This document shows, piece by piece, positions 38,534-48,801 of a DNA stretch of 51,356 bases. Made by a program: the position numbers and the translations under genes. The DNA is from Candidatus Iainarchaeum sp. (lineage in GTDB: Archaea; Iainarchaeota; Iainarchaeia; Iainarchaeales; JAZDDZ01): NCBI GenBank assembly GCA_043809245.1, contig JAZDDZ010000048.1, positions 1-51,356 on the forward strand, written 5' to 3'. Each line of letters begins with the position of its first letter. Within the stretch, counting starts at the first letter, position 1. The notes beneath the pieces are model-generated. The model was not told the origin of the DNA. It saw nothing but the letters and a program-made list of their open reading frames with translations, and did no database searches.

Positions 38534-39196
38534 ATGAGCCAGATAACCCTTTCAAAAAACGAGTTTAAGGTTTTAAGTTCCGACACAAGGGTAAACATAC
38601 TCAAGCTGTTAAAGGAAAGGAACCATACCTTAAGCGAGTTAGCGCAAAAGCTGTCAATGGCTTCGCCGAGCATAAAGCAGCACCTTGACTTGCTTGTAAC
38701 ATCACAGCTAATAGAGCAGCTGGATGAGGGAAGGAAATGGAAGTATTACAGGCTAAGCAGAAAAGGAAAAGAATTAGTGGTTGAAGAACACCAGCCTGCG
38801 CTTGTAATGCTTGCATTGGGCGCCTCCTCAATCGTATTGATTGGCTTGCTTGTGATTGCATTCCTGAGCATCACCGCGCTGCAGTCAATGGGCTCAACAT
38901 CAAGCAATCTGCTTAACGCGCCTGCAAGCGAAGCAGTAATAGCAGATTCAGCCGAGAAAAGCTTCGGACAGGCTACACCTCCCTTGCCTGAAATAGCAAC
39001 TGGCAGCGGAAGCGAAGAGGAAGGAAATGCCACGCAGGCAGGCGCAGGGGACGCCGCAACCGAAGCAAGCAGGGCCACTGCACAGGCAGGCGAACAGGGC
39101 ATAATACCCTACATGCTGCTTTTCTTCAGCACAATCGCGGCTTTGGCGGTTGGGTTCTTTGCAGCGAAAGCCGCTAAGGGAAGAAGGCAAAATTAG
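38534..39196 (+). CDS. ArsR-family winged-helix regulator with two TM helices
   Basis: FKVLSSDTRVNILKLL...LSELA...HL..L...RKWKYYRLS, followed by TM-loop-TM. Confidence 0.88.
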   Translation: MSQITLSKNEFKVLSSDTRVNILKLLKERNHTLSELAQKLSMASPSIKQHLDLLVTSQLIEQLDEGRKWKYYRLSRKGKELVVEEHQPALVMLALGASSIVLIGLLVIAFLSITALQSMGSTSSNLLNAPASEAVIADSAEKSFGQATPPLPEIATGSGSEEEGNATQAGAGDAATEASRATAQAGEQGIIPYMLLFFSTIAALAVGFFAAKAAKGRRQN

Positions 39197-39231
39197 GCTA
39201 TTACCCCAAAACGATTTGTGCTTGCTTGATT

Positions 39232-39621
39232 CTATAAAAAGACTGTGTTTTGGATATTTTTGAAGTGCTCATCTCCAGTTACAACTTTTGCCGCGCATTT
39301 TCTTGCAGTTTGAAGTATTATTGCGTCAGCCAATCCAAAATTTGTTTTATATTTTTCCCTTACAATGTTCTTGACCTTTCCCGCCAGCACTGCAATGTCT
39401 GCAGTCAAATCTATTACTGCTGTTTTTGCTGTTATGAATGAAAGGTCTTTTTCCAAAAAAGAATGATTTTCCCTTCCATAAGAGTCAGAGATTTCCGCCA
39501 AAACAATTGTCGGCGTGGCAATGCGGCTTTCTTCCAAAAGGCGCCTGACTGTTTCGCCTTTTTCGCTTCCCCTGAAATATTCAATCCAGGCATAGCTGTC
39601 AAAAACATAATCAAATTTCAT
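39232..39621 (-). CDS. vapC: VapC PIN-domain toxin
   Basis: VFDSYAWIEYF, LAE, GLADAII and VVTGDEHF. Confidence 0.92.
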   Translation of the reverse strand: MKFDYVFDSYAWIEYFRGSEKGETVRRLLEESRIATPTIVLAEISDSYGRENHSFLEKDLSFITAKTAVIDLTADIAVLAGKVKNIVREKYKTNFGLADAIILQTARKCAAKVVTGDEHFKNIQNTVFL

Positions 39622-39808
39622 GGAAATCTTCTTCCAGCCTTTTGAAAGGTTTTAATTCAGGGTGCGCTCCAAACAAGCTTTTCGGAACATTCTCCTCTTT
39701 TTGGATTATTTTCTGTATAACCTTGTCATATGATTTTACGCCGTATTTTTCCTTTAGCTTATTCAAAACCTGAACAGTAGCTTTGCCAACCTGAATAGTC
39801 GTATTCAA
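39611..39808 (-). CDS. VapB-type antitoxin
   Basis: TTIQV...LKEKYGVKSYDKVI...SLFG; overlaps vapC by 11 nt; TTG start. Confidence 0.82.
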   Translation of the reverse strand: MNTTIQVGKATVQVLNKLKEKYGVKSYDKVIQKIIQKEENVPKSLFGAHPELKPFKRLEEDFHEI

Positions 39809-39826
39809 AATAAAACCCCAAATATT

Positions 39827-39840
39827 GTTATAGCTATAAC
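39827..39840. promoter_or_regulatory. 14-bp palindrome GTTATAGCTATAAC, probable toxin-antitoxin operator
   Basis: Lies between the minus-strand TATA (TTTATATA, 39841-39848) and the antitoxin start. Confidence 0.65.
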
Positions 39841-39879
39841 TATATAAAGACTTTTTCATAAAAGACCTCACCAAATATA

Positions 39880-39898
39880 TTCGTCAATCAACGAAATA
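39880..39898 (+). promoter_or_regulatory. Pilin-operon motif TTCGTCAATCAACGAAATA
   Basis: 18/19 identical to the minus-strand copy at 42304-42322. Confidence 0.72.
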
Positions 39899-39928
39899 AT
39901 TAAAAACTGTTTTGTGCCTATTTTTTGA

Positions 39929-40111
39929 ATGCTTTCAGAAGAAAAAGCGCAGATTTCCGTGGAACTGATAATCGTGCTGGCAGCGGTTGTGGCAGTTGTT
40001 TTGGTGCTTGTCGGGCAGATGAACAAAACCGTTCAGAACGGCGTGGGAAAATTCTCCAAGAGCTCGGATGATGTTTTTGCACAGATTGACAAGATGGCTA
40101 AAATTGACTGA
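39929..40111 (+). CDS. Class III signal peptide protein (small pilin)
   Basis: KAQISVELIIVLAAVV. Confidence 0.85.
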   Translation: MLSEEKAQISVELIIVLAAVVAVVLVLVGQMNKTVQNGVGKFSKSSDDVFAQIDKMAKID

Positions 40112-40120
40112 CTGAATTCC

Positions 40121-40537
40121 ATGGCTAAAGCGCAGGCAAGCATTGAATTCCTCCTGCTAATAACCGCATTTGTTGCCGCGCTTGGGCTTCTGCTTCCCGC
40201 AATCACTTTGGCGGAAAAAGCCTCTCTCCTCGGAAGCGAGGCTAGGAATGCGGAAAGCTTCCTTGCATCAGTAAAAGGCGCGGCTGACGAGCTGAGGGTT
40301 TTCAGCGAGGGAACGGAAAGGATTGTGGCTGCAAAAAATCTCCTGCCGTGGCGCGTTCATGCTGAAGGGAAAACTGTTTTTGTTTCCGTTAAAGAAAATG
40401 AAAGTGGAAAAGGATTCACGCTTTCAAAAAACATCGGCGCGGAAATTAATTTTACGGAAAAAGAGTTCAGGGAAAAAATTTCACTCAGGCTGTGGAGGGA
40501 GGGAAGCAGGCTGCTAGTGGAAGACAGTCAGCCTTAA
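40121..40537 (+). CDS. Class III signal peptide protein (pilin-like)
   Basis: KAQASIEFLLL. Confidence 0.82.
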   Translation: MAKAQASIEFLLLITAFVAALGLLLPAITLAEKASLLGSEARNAESFLASVKGAADELRVFSEGTERIVAAKNLLPWRVHAEGKTVFVSVKENESGKGFTLSKNIGAEINFTEKEFREKISLRLWREGSRLLVEDSQP

Positions 40538-40864
40538 TTCCCCTGGTTCAAGCGAATCCGAGAGAAGCATAACGGACGCGGTTGTTTTCACGGAATACTC
40601 TTTTTTGGGGCCAATGCTTATTTTTTTGCCATTGAAATAAATTTCACCTGAAAGCGCGGGAAAAACAAGCGCGAAATCCGCAAGCATCTGCTCTTCGCCT
40701 GTGCGCTCTTTCTGCCATACAAGAAGCAAATCATGCTGTTTTTGGAGCAAGTGCAGTTCACTCAAATCAGGCTGCTGCAGGGGAAAAGGCGCGAGTATAA
40801 TTAAGGTTAAGGCAATCAGGCTGACCGCCGCCTCAATTGAAAGAAAAAACGCTTTATGGTTCAC
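40514..40864 (-). CDS. Pilin-like protein
   Basis: KAFFLSIEAAVSL, class III-like N-terminus. Confidence 0.7.
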   Translation of the reverse strand: MNHKAFFLSIEAAVSLIALTLIILAPFPLQQPDLSELHLLQKQHDLLLVWQKERTGEEQMLADFALVFPALSGEIYFNGKKISIGPKKEYSVKTTASVMLLSDSLEPGELRLTVFH

Positions 40865-41336
40865 TGCAGACCACTCCCCTCAAAAGCGCTTTTTCTTCCG
40901 GAATTTTTTTCAATAAAACAAAGCGTTCAACTGAAACGCATTCGCGTGAAGGCGAAAAATTTTGGATAATTGTTTCGGTTGCGCCTGACGCGGAAACAAT
41001 TGAAAGCTCTTTGAGGAAAGTTTTTTCACCCAAATAAATATCCTGTGTTTCTGCCTTTTTCAGGAGCCCATAATCAACTGTGTTTGCTTCAATGCTTTTG
41101 GCGGAAGAGTCAAAATATGCTGAGCCGAGCAGGGGCTTTTCCACATTCCTGTTTTTCACAAGCGAATCCATCAGCGTTAAGCCTTTCCTTTGAAGCGAGA
41201 AATGCTGTAATGCATCTGTTTCCGCTTTTGCCCTGGAGCTTAGCGCGGAAAACATCAGCAAAAGCATTACCGCCAGCAAAAAAAAGGCGCAAAAAAAATC
41301 AAAGCTGAAAAGCGAGCCTTTTTTGTTAAGGCGCAT
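40854..41336 (-). CDS. Pilin-like protein
   Basis: KKGSLFSFDFF, class III-like N-terminus. Confidence 0.75.
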   Translation of the reverse strand: MRLNKKGSLFSFDFFCAFFLLAVMLLLMFSALSSRAKAETDALQHFSLQRKGLTLMDSLVKNRNVEKPLLGSAYFDSSAKSIEANTVDYGLLKKAETQDIYLGEKTFLKELSIVSASGATETIIQNFSPSRECVSVERFVLLKKIPEEKALLRGVVCSEP

Positions 41337-41688
41337 AATGGCTGCCTCCAACCGCTATTGTGATTCCACCCGGCGCCTGCACGATTTGCGTTTCATTGTT
41401 GAGGATTGCGGAGTTTGCAGTGCTGTTTCCGTCTGTTGAGGAAACAACTGAAGGCGAGCTGAGAAAACAGTTTGCCTGAAAGCCAGTTAACTCGCCGCTG
41501 CCCGATGCAAAAAGCAAATCAATTACCAAAGAGCATTTTTCCGCTTCCGCTTTCGCGGAAACCGCATCGCCTGCTTTAATTATGTTTTCGTTCGCGTTAA
41601 GCAGCGCATTTCCGAAAAGCGCGAGAACCGCGCAAAAAAAAGCCAGCATCATTACCGCGTCAAGCGTCAGCTGCCCTTTTCCTTTCAT
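41326..41688 (-). CDS. Pilin-like protein
   Basis: KGQLTLDAVMML. Confidence 0.78.
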   Translation of the reverse strand: MKGKGQLTLDAVMMLAFFCAVLALFGNALLNANENIIKAGDAVSAKAEAEKCSLVIDLLFASGSGELTGFQANCFLSSPSVVSSTDGNSTANSAILNNETQIVQAPGGITIAVGGSHYAP

Positions 41689-42266
41689 GGGGAAACCACT
41701 GTAAAAGTTTTTGAATAGTTAACCGGAATCACATAAAACTGCGTGAAGTTGCCTGAGCCGATTTCCCCGGCAACAAGCCTGTTTTTCAGCAGGCCGCCGG
41801 TGAATGAAACTTCAACTGTTTTCTCGTGTTGTGTTATTGGCAGTACGCTTACCGCAAGCTGTTCTGCAAGGTCTTCCCCTGCGAGTTTTTTCCTGTTTTT
41901 GCTTTTCATAACCTCCATTGGCCTGCCGCTTGCTGTTTCAACAAGCCGGAAGGAGACAAGCAAATCATTTCGGCTTGATTCCTCCACCGAGGCGAAAAAA
42001 GAAGCAATGTTGGCAGCGAGCTTTTCTTTCAGCTTTGAGGCGGAAAAAGAAGGTTTCATTGACTCCATTTCAACAGTGCGTTCGATTAGGAAGCCAAGGT
42101 TTTGCTCTAATTCAGAGCGCCGAAAGGAATCGTTCTCTATCTCCAGCGCGATTTGCTTTGCATATGAAAGCCCTGTGCCCAAATGGTTTGACTGGCCGTT
42201 AAGCGTGAAAAGGATTGCTGCAAACAATAGCACCAATGCAAAGGAAAAAAGCCCCTGAAAATTCAT
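41685..42266 (-). CDS. Pilin-like/membrane-anchored protein
   Basis: QGLFSFALVLL N-terminus; first of four overlapping genes. Confidence 0.65.
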   Translation of the reverse strand: MNFQGLFSFALVLLFAAILFTLNGQSNHLGTGLSYAKQIALEIENDSFRRSELEQNLGFLIERTVEMESMKPSFSASKLKEKLAANIASFFASVEESSRNDLLVSFRLVETASGRPMEVMKSKNRKKLAGEDLAEQLAVSVLPITQHEKTVEVSFTGGLLKNRLVAGEIGSGNFTQFYVIPVNYSKTFTVVSP

Positions 42267-42303
42267 TTAAACCGCTAAAATTAGGCTAAAAAGGAATTAA
42301 GAA

Positions 42304-42322
42304 TATTTCGTTTATTGACGAA
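42304..42322 (-). promoter_or_regulatory. Pilin-operon motif TTCGTCAATAAACGAAATA
   Basis: Second copy, 37 nt upstream of ATG 42266; dyad ATTTCGT-N6-ACGAAAT. Confidence 0.72.
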
Positions 42323-42414
42323 ATTAATCTTTATGCCTAACGGCAAAATAACGTTGGATTCTTTTCAGGGCAATTTCAGGATATTATTTAAACCTTAAAT
42401 CGCATAATTTTTGC

Positions 42415-42873
42415 GTGAAAAACAAAATCAGTTATTCCGAGTTACCGGCTAACATACAGTCTGCAATTGATATAATCCTAATGCACAGGCGGCAGCTTTG
42501 GGATGCTTCCAAAATTGCTTTGCCTACGGTGACCATCCTTGCATTGCAGGGCTATTATAACAAAAGCATTCTGGCTGCCTCAACTGCAACAGTTGGCGGT
42601 GCCTTTTTGTTGCGGGCTTTGAGAAAACACGACAAGCAGTTTAAAAAAGAGGGTGCTGACCTCATAAAAGGACTCAGAAATTGCAAGGAAACACCTATCA
42701 AAGAGCTTGTCGCCAATTATCCCTTCATCACGGTTAACATCTTGGGTGATATCGTCGGAAAAAAACACGCGCCAAAAATCTGGTTTATTCCAGCGGGTAG
42801 AAGAAGGTTTCCAACAAGTTATAAACTAAAAACCGGGAAAATGCCTTCAGCTAAACCAAGGGTGCGGCGCTAA
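42415..42873 (+). CDS. Hypothetical protein with basic C-terminus
   Basis: 152-aa ORF with GTG start about 20 nt after a TATA-like TATTTAAA. Confidence 0.6.
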   Translation: MKNKISYSELPANIQSAIDIILMHRRQLWDASKIALPTVTILALQGYYNKSILAASTATVGGAFLLRALRKHDKQFKKEGADLIKGLRNCKETPIKELVANYPFITVNILGDIVGKKHAPKIWFIPAGRRRFPTSYKLKTGKMPSAKPRVRR

Positions 42874-42926
42874 GCAGAGGGCGGCTTTTTATTTTTTCCC
42901 TTTTCTAATTATTTTGGTGTGTTTTT

Positions 42927-43526
42927 TTGAATAACAGGGAAAGGAATGATTTGTTAATTTCCTGGCTGACCATAAGCCTTGCTTTTGCTTGGGTTTTCAG
43001 CAGCTTTAATTTGCTTGGCGCGCTTGCAGGCACTGACCTTGCATCTTTGGGTTTTATTTCGCTTCTCCCTATCGCTTTAATCGTTACTGGCACTGGCTTT
43101 GTTTTTCACGAAATGGCGCACAGGGCAATAGCGAAAAGGTTTGGCTGCCACGCGGAATTCAGGATGTGGCCTTACTCGCTTTTGCTGATGCTTGCGCTTG
43201 CATTGGGCTTGGGTGTTGTCTTTGCTGCACCTGGCGCGGTTTACATTTACGGCGAAAACATTTCCCGCAGGCAGAATGGATTGATTTCAGTGAGCGGGCC
43301 CGCGACAAATATCGCAGTTGGAATTGCTTTCCTTTTGCTTTTGCTTGTTTCAGGCAACGGCTTCATTGCATTGGCTTCAATGATTGGCTTTCAGATAAAC
43401 CTCTGGCTTGCGTTCTTCAATTTGCTGCCAGTCGCGCCACTTGACGGCTCAAAGGTTTTCGCTTGGAACACCGCGGTCTGGGCGCTGATGTTCATACCGC
43501 TGGCGCTGGTTTTATTCGTGCTGTAA
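42927..43526 (+). CDS. Site-2 protease (peptidase M50)
   Basis: HEMAH, SGPATN and FNLLP..PLDG. Confidence 0.93.
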   Translation: MNNRERNDLLISWLTISLAFAWVFSSFNLLGALAGTDLASLGFISLLPIALIVTGTGFVFHEMAHRAIAKRFGCHAEFRMWPYSLLLMLALALGLGVVFAAPGAVYIYGENISRRQNGLISVSGPATNIAVGIAFLLLLLVSGNGFIALASMIGFQINLWLAFFNLLPVAPLDGSKVFAWNTAVWALMFIPLALVLFVL

Positions 43527-43543
43527 AAAAACAGGTTTCAGTT

Positions 43544-46500
43544 TCAGCGCACATAGCTTGGCTTGAACGGCTGCTGGTGCGCCGAGGAATGGAACTGCTC
43601 GTAAGCATCTGTAACGTCCTTTGAAATTGACGGAAGCACTTTTTTCATGGCTTCATCAAAATGTTCCTTGGAAACCTTTGTAGGCTTGAGCTTGTTTTCA
43701 GCAAGCGCAATAAGAACGGCTTCGCGCACCAATCCCTCGATGTCCGCGCCGCTGTAGCCCTCTGTTTTTCGCGCCAATTCCTTTAACGAAACAGATGCAT
43801 CAAGGGGAACATTTTTAGTGTGGACTTTGAAAATGGATTCCCTCGCATCCTCATCTGGCGGCGGCACCTGAATGAGCTTGTCAATTCTTCCGGGCCTTAA
43901 AAGCGCGGAGTCAATCAAGTCAGGCCTATTGGTTGCGGCAATGAACACAACGTCCTTTAATGCCTCGACTCCGTCAAGCTCTGTCAAAAGCTGGTTGACG
44001 ACCCTGTCTCCAACCCCTGAATCAAGTGTGTTTCCCCTGGATGACGCAATGGAATCAATCTCGTCAAAAAAAACAACAACAGGGCTGACCTGTTTTGCCC
44101 TTTTGAATACTTTCCTTATTCCCCTTTCACTGTTGTGGGCAAAAATTCCTCCAAATCCCCCGACAAAATTCTGGCATGGCTCAACCGATACATCGTAAAC
44201 AAAACCGTCATACGGGATTTCTTTTATTGCCACAACCTTGTCCCAGTAAATGTCGGCCTCCGCGACTGCCCATAACTCCCCCCTGTTTCTCGATGAATCA
44301 ACAACCTGAAGCGCCCTTGCCAGCGTACCTAACTCCACGGCCTTGTTTTGAGGGTAAGAGCCGAAAGCGGCATTAAGAAGCTCTCTAACCTTAGGGGTAA
44401 TTGGAACTGAGTTAGTCCTGTAAAATTTTTTTTCTGAAATATATTTTTCAATGCAGGAATTCCTTTTAACATCAATGAAGCCCGCGCCTTTGAATCTTTT
44501 AAAATTCTGGACGCCGTGAATTACGATTCTGTGGCTAACGCTTCCAGTCCATTCTTTTTTTAGCCTGTGCCTTGCAACAATTCCAAGTTTAAGTAAAAGC
44601 AATAGCAAGTCATCGGCAAGCTTTTCACTCACGGTCGAAGCTTCAATTAGATAAGTTCTTCCGTTGCTGCTTATCGTGCCATCGCCACTGAAATAACCGC
44701 GAAGGAAAGCGTGTGCCTTTTGAGTTGACGCGCCTAAAAGCATTTTGGGAATTCTTTTTTTGAACGCACCACTTTCCAGGCCCAAAACATCCCTGAATAC
44801 GCTGCCAAAGATTGACGAATTCACATAGGTACTGCTTTCAAAAATCGAAAAAGGAAGTTTTAGCCCTGACAGAAGCGCTCTAACCCTTGCCTTAATCTCT
44901 TCATTTACTATTGTAAACCTAATAAATCCCCTATTATAATCCCCTTCCGCAACCCAAAGCCCTAAAAGTTCCATTAGCCCTTCATTCAATTCAAGCGCCG
45001 CGGGCATATAATGCCTTGCCCCCTTGATGCCTATTTTCATTGCATTTAAATCCGGCGTTAGTTTTGACTCATCAATTAAGCGCAGGAATTTTTTTGCCTC
45101 GACAGACACGTTTTTGCCCCACACATCATAAAGGTATTTTTCGCTTACCCCAATAATTTCTGCAACATTTTCATGACCAATTAATTTAACAGCCCCCCTT
45201 AATTCTTTTGAAACATTTTTAACCATGAAGCCCTCTTTTTGGCTGAAAAAATCGAACAAATTAATCCTTTCAACCTTTAAATCAATGTTTGGGATTCTTG
45301 CTGGAATCGCTATGACGCTTTCTCCTGCCACTAGCATAGAAGTAGGCACGGAAATAATGCCGTCATAATAGGAAAAAAGAGAGTGCTTTTCCGTAACCCT
45401 AATCTTTCTCCCTGTTTTGGTTAAAACCTCAAGCATTTTTCCGTCAAGGCTGTGCTTTATGTGGTCATTAATTCTTGAAAAAAGGACTTTTCCGTCAGAA
45501 TCAAATGTTATCACAAGCAAATCCTTTTTGTTTTCAACAATTTCCCCAATTTTTTCCTTGAAAATCATTTTGCCGTCAAAAACAAGCAATTCTTCATCAA
45601 AAGGCAGTGACTCCCCCGCCCACATGCTTATCAGCTCGGGGCCTTTGACTGAAATAAAGTTCGCCTCGCTTTCAGTTGCAACCGCCTTAGCCAAAAGCGT
45701 TTTTCCTGTTCCGCTCGGGCCGAACAAAAGAATTCCCTTCGGGGGCTTTATTCCCATTTTCTTGAAAGAATCAGGGTTCTTTAAAGGCCATTCAACTGCC
45801 TGCTTTAATTCATCCTTGACTTTTTTCAGGCCGCCAATATCACTCCACTTGACGTTCGGAACCTCAATTGCAACCTCCCTTAATCCGCTTGGCTGTATTT
45901 CCTTCAAAGCACTCAGGAAATCGTTCTTGTTAACCTCAAGCGCTTCAAGGACTTCCTGCGGAATCGTTTCCTCCTCCAAATCAATTTTAGGAAGATAGCG
46001 CCTCAAAGCCTTCATTGCCGCTTCCTTTGCAAGCGCAGCCAAGTCCGCCCCCACAAAGCCGTGGGTTATTGATGCAAAGAAATCAAGCTCAACATCCTTT
46101 GCCAAGGGCATTCCGCGCGTGTGAATCTGCATAATATCTTTCCTTCCCTTCTTGTCAGGCACGCCAATCTCTATTTCCCTGTCAAACCTTCCCGGCCTGC
46201 GCAATGCTTCGTCAAGAGAATTCACGCGGTTAGTTGCGGCAATAACGACAACGTTTCCCCTTGACTCCATTCCATCCATTGCAGCCAAAAGCTGCGCAAC
46301 AACACGCCTCTCAACCTCGCCAATGACCTCATCCCTTTTCGGCGCAATCGCATCAATCTCGTCAAAGAAAATAATTGACGGCGCGTTTTTCTCAGCGTCC
46401 TTGAAAACCTTTCTAATTCTTTCCTCTGCTTCTCCAACGAATTTTGAGTTATGCAAAACCATTAAACTGTGCCCTGCAAGGAAATTATTGAAAGGCTGAA

Positions 46501-48667
46501 CAGTGAAATCAAATAATTCCTTTTCGCCCCCGGATTTTATTGAATCTATTCGAACCCATGCGATATCCGAATCCGCTAATTTTGTCAATTCATTTGGGTT
46601 TCCCATCAACTCGCTGATTTCCAAGAGCTTTCTGCGGGTCAGGGGATCCCTTCCGGAAATGTATCTTTCAGCCGGCCCTTCCGGCAAGTCTTTCCCGTAT
46701 GTCAGGTTTTTTTCGTTTTTTATTTTTTTCAGCAGCGGGCTGATGTTTGGCCAATGCAGGTCATCGCCTTTTTTGATTCTTTTTTCAAACCAGTTCCGGA
46801 TAACCTGAAATTTTGCTGCTTTTGAATTTAATTTCACCGCAAATATTTCGCGCGATTCATTGCCGGCCAAAACCAGCGCATGCATCAGGCCATAAGGGGT
46901 ATTCCAGGGAGTAATTCTTGAAATCAAACCAATCTTTTTTCCTAAAACCGACAAATCAAACAATATTCTCTTGTGCTTTGCATAAATGCGGATTGTCGGA
47001 TAGCCGCTAACCCCTTTTCCTGATGTTCCATCACCCTCCCAAAAGCCCTGCAAAAACCTCAAAGTTTGCTCCTTCGAGAGCCTGAAATACCATGACGGCA
47101 AACCATAATCCCCTTTCCTGCCTTTTGGGAATCCAAGCACTTTTTCAAAAAAATTTCTTGCAGTCGCCGAGTAAAAAACCGCTTTTGTTTTTTTGACCAC
47201 CGCTGGCGCGCCAAAAACATGCTGGCAAAGGCGGTCAAATTCCTGTAAAAGGGCCTTTTCATGGTTTGCAAAAATCAAGCCATCATTTGACAAACAGCCC
47301 TCTGAATACATCAAACCCAGCAAATGCATCAGTTCCTGGGAAGGCCTGTTTGGAATTTTAACAAAAGAACGGTTATTGCACCGCTCCCAAGAATCTTTCA
47401 TACAGACAGGCAACTGCCCATTAACCGCCTTTTCAAGGGGCATTTTACCTTTGGGCGTCATCACTTGCTCGCTTAAATCAACCCACTTGGATAAATCAAA
47501 TTGTTCGGGGCCTGATTCTGGCAAAACCCTTGCAATGGCAACAAAATCCCCTTCCTTTAACTCGCCGGCGGTTCTCCAGGACAAGTTTCCGAACGCGTCA
47601 AGCACTGCAAATGGCTGATTTGCCGAAACCGTGACCTCATCACCCAATTGCGTTTTTATGTGAAGCGTCTTTGCCTTCAATTTGGTTATGTGCGTGATTT
47701 CCCCTTTTTGAATTTTCAAATTCTCATTCAAGCCAAATACTTTTACGGGGTTTGACAACTCCAGAATTTTTAAATTTCCGTCATTGATTACTTTTCCGCT
47801 TTGCAGGCATTCGTCAAATAATATTTCAGCGGTTTTATCTCCGCCAGGGTTAGTCAGAATCCTGGTTTCCCCTCCGACACACATCAGCTCCGGGGCATTC
47901 ACAGGAATAAAATAGGCCTGAGTTTCATTTGCAACGGCTTTAGCCAAAAGGGTTTTGCCTGTTCCGGGAGGCCCATGCAATAAAACGCCCTTGGGTGGCG
48001 CTATGCCGAGGCGCCTGAAAATTTCAGGGTGGCGCATTGGAAGCTCAATGATTTCCCTGACTTTTTTCACCTGTTCCTCTAAACCACCTATATCTTCATA
48101 GGCAACCCTGGAAATTCCTTCCGCAGAGTCCTTTACAGGGGTTTCCTTTAAAATGAATTTAGTTGAGTCAACTATCTTCACTGTGCCTAAAGGGGCGGTT
48201 TCAACAACAGTGTAAACAAAGCCTGAGCCGAAAACACTTATCCAGACATTGTCTCCCTTGACCAATGGCCTGCCAATAAAGTTTTTCTTTAAAATAATTT
48301 CATAGCCCGAAGCAACAATCCTAACCTCTTGCGTGGGCGCCAGAACAATTCTTTTTGCCTCAGTGTACTCGGCTTTTCTTACGGTCACTTTTTCCCCTAA
48401 ATTTGTTCCGCAGTTATGCCTTGTGAGGTTATCCATACGGATAATGCCCCTGCCCTCGTCTTCCTGGCGCGCGGGCCAGATGACTGCAGCGGTTTTTTTA
48501 GAGCCCTCTATTTCAACAATGTCCCCAGAGGTAACGTCAAGCAATTCCTTTGTCTGGCGGTCAAGCGTGACAATGTTCCTGCCGACATGGCTTGGATCAG
48601 GGTCCTGCACCCTTAAAACCGATTCCTTGCGCGAAAACGCGCTTGTCGCCTGCTTCAAAAAAATCAA
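43544..48667 (-). CDS. cdc48: CDC48/VCP AAA ATPase precursor with two cis-inteins (mature about 736 aa)
   Basis: N-domain, [28 protein letters not shown] and two SRH motifs; 1707-478-493=736. Confidence 0.97.
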   Translation of the reverse strand: MIFLKQATSAFSRKESVLRVQDPDPSHVGRNIVTLDRQTKELLDVTSGDIVEIEGSKKTAAVIWPARQEDEGRGIIRMDNLTRHNCGTNLGEKVTVRKAEYTEAKRIVLAPTQEVRIVASGYEIILKKNFIGRPLVKGDNVWISVFGSGFVYTVVETAPLGTVKIVDSTKFILKETPVKDSAEGISRVAYEDIGGLEEQVKKVREIIELPMRHPEIFRRLGIAPPKGVLLHGPPGTGKTLLAKAVANETQAYFIPVNAPELMCVGGETRILTNPGGDKTAEILFDECLQSGKVINDGNLKILELSNPVKVFGLNENLKIQKGEITHITKLKAKTLHIKTQLGDEVTVSANQPFAVLDAFGNLSWRTAGELKEGDFVAIARVLPESGPEQFDLSKWVDLSEQVMTPKGKMPLEKAVNGQLPVCMKDSWERCNNRSFVKIPNRPSQELMHLLGLMYSEGCLSNDGLIFANHEKALLQEFDRLCQHVFGAPAVVKKTKAVFYSATARNFFEKVLGFPKGRKGDYGLPSWYFRLSKEQTLRFLQGFWEGDGTSGKGVSGYPTIRIYAKHKRILFDLSVLGKKIGLISRITPWNTPYGLMHALVLAGNESREIFAVKLNSKAAKFQVIRNWFEKRIKKGDDLHWPNISPLLKKIKNEKNLTYGKDLPEGPAERYISGRDPLTRRKLLEISELMGNPNELTKLADSDIAWVRIDSIKSGGEKELFDFTVQPFNNFLAGHSLMVLHNSKFVGEAEERIRKVFKDAEKNAPSIIFFDEIDAIAPKRDEVIGEVERRVVAQLLAAMDGMESRGNVVVIAATNRVNSLDEALRRPGRFDREIEIGVPDKKGRKDIMQIHTRGMPLAKDVELDFFASITHGFVGADLAALAKEAAMKALRRYLPKIDLEEETIPQEVLEALEVNKNDFLSALKEIQPSGLREVAIEVPNVKWSDIGGLKKVKDELKQAVEWPLKNPDSFKKMGIKPPKGILLFGPSGTGKTLLAKAVATESEANFISVKGPELISMWAGESLPFDEELLVFDGKMIFKEKIGEIVENKKDLLVITFDSDGKVLFSRINDHIKHSLDGKMLEVLTKTGRKIRVTEKHSLFSYYDGIISVPTSMLVAGESVIAIPARIPNIDLKVERINLFDFFSQKEGFMVKNVSKELRGAVKLIGHENVAEIIGVSEKYLYDVWGKNVSVEAKKFLRLIDESKLTPDLNAMKIGIKGARHYMPAALELNEGLMELLGLWVAEGDYNRGFIRFTIVNEEIKARVRALLSGLKLPFSIFESSTYVNSSIFGSVFRDVLGLESGAFKKRIPKMLLGASTQKAHAFLRGYFSGDGTISSNGRTYLIEASTVSEKLADDLLLLLLKLGIVARHRLKKEWTGSVSHRIVIHGVQNFKRFKGAGFIDVKRNSCIEKYISEKKFYRTNSVPITPKVRELLNAAFGSYPQNKAVELGTLARALQVVDSSRNRGELWAVAEADIYWDKVVAIKEIPYDGFVYDVSVEPCQNFVGGFGGIFAHNSERGIRKVFKRAKQVSPVVVFFDEIDSIASSRGNTLDSGVGDRVVNQLLTELDGVEALKDVVFIAATNRPDLIDSALLRPGRIDKLIQVPPPDEDARESIFKVHTKNVPLDASVSLKELARKTEGYSGADIEGLVREAVLIALAENKLKPTKVSKEHFDEAMKKVLPSISKDVTDAYEQFHSSAHQQPFKPSYVR
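44132..45610 (-). mobile_element. CDC48 intein 2 (D2 domain, 493 aa) with LAGLIDADG endonuclease
   Basis: WAGE|SLPFDE...VTEKH...LGLWVAEG...[10 protein letters not shown]...IFAHN|SERGIR. Confidence 0.95.
46448..47881 (-). mobile_element. CDC48 intein 1 (D1 domain, 478 aa) with LAGLIDADG endonuclease
   Basis: PELM|CVGGET...LGLMYSEG...[10 protein letters not shown]...MVLHN|SKFVGE. Confidence 0.95.
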
Positions 48668-48801
48668 CTCTCAAAATAGCTATACTGTGAAAAGGAATAA
48701 AAAGTTGACAGCGAAAAGGCAAAAAATGGCATTAAGGAAAAAAACCCGTGAAAACGCTAAGTTTATATATATTAAAAGCGAATAAGTAGACGGGTGGTTT
48801 A

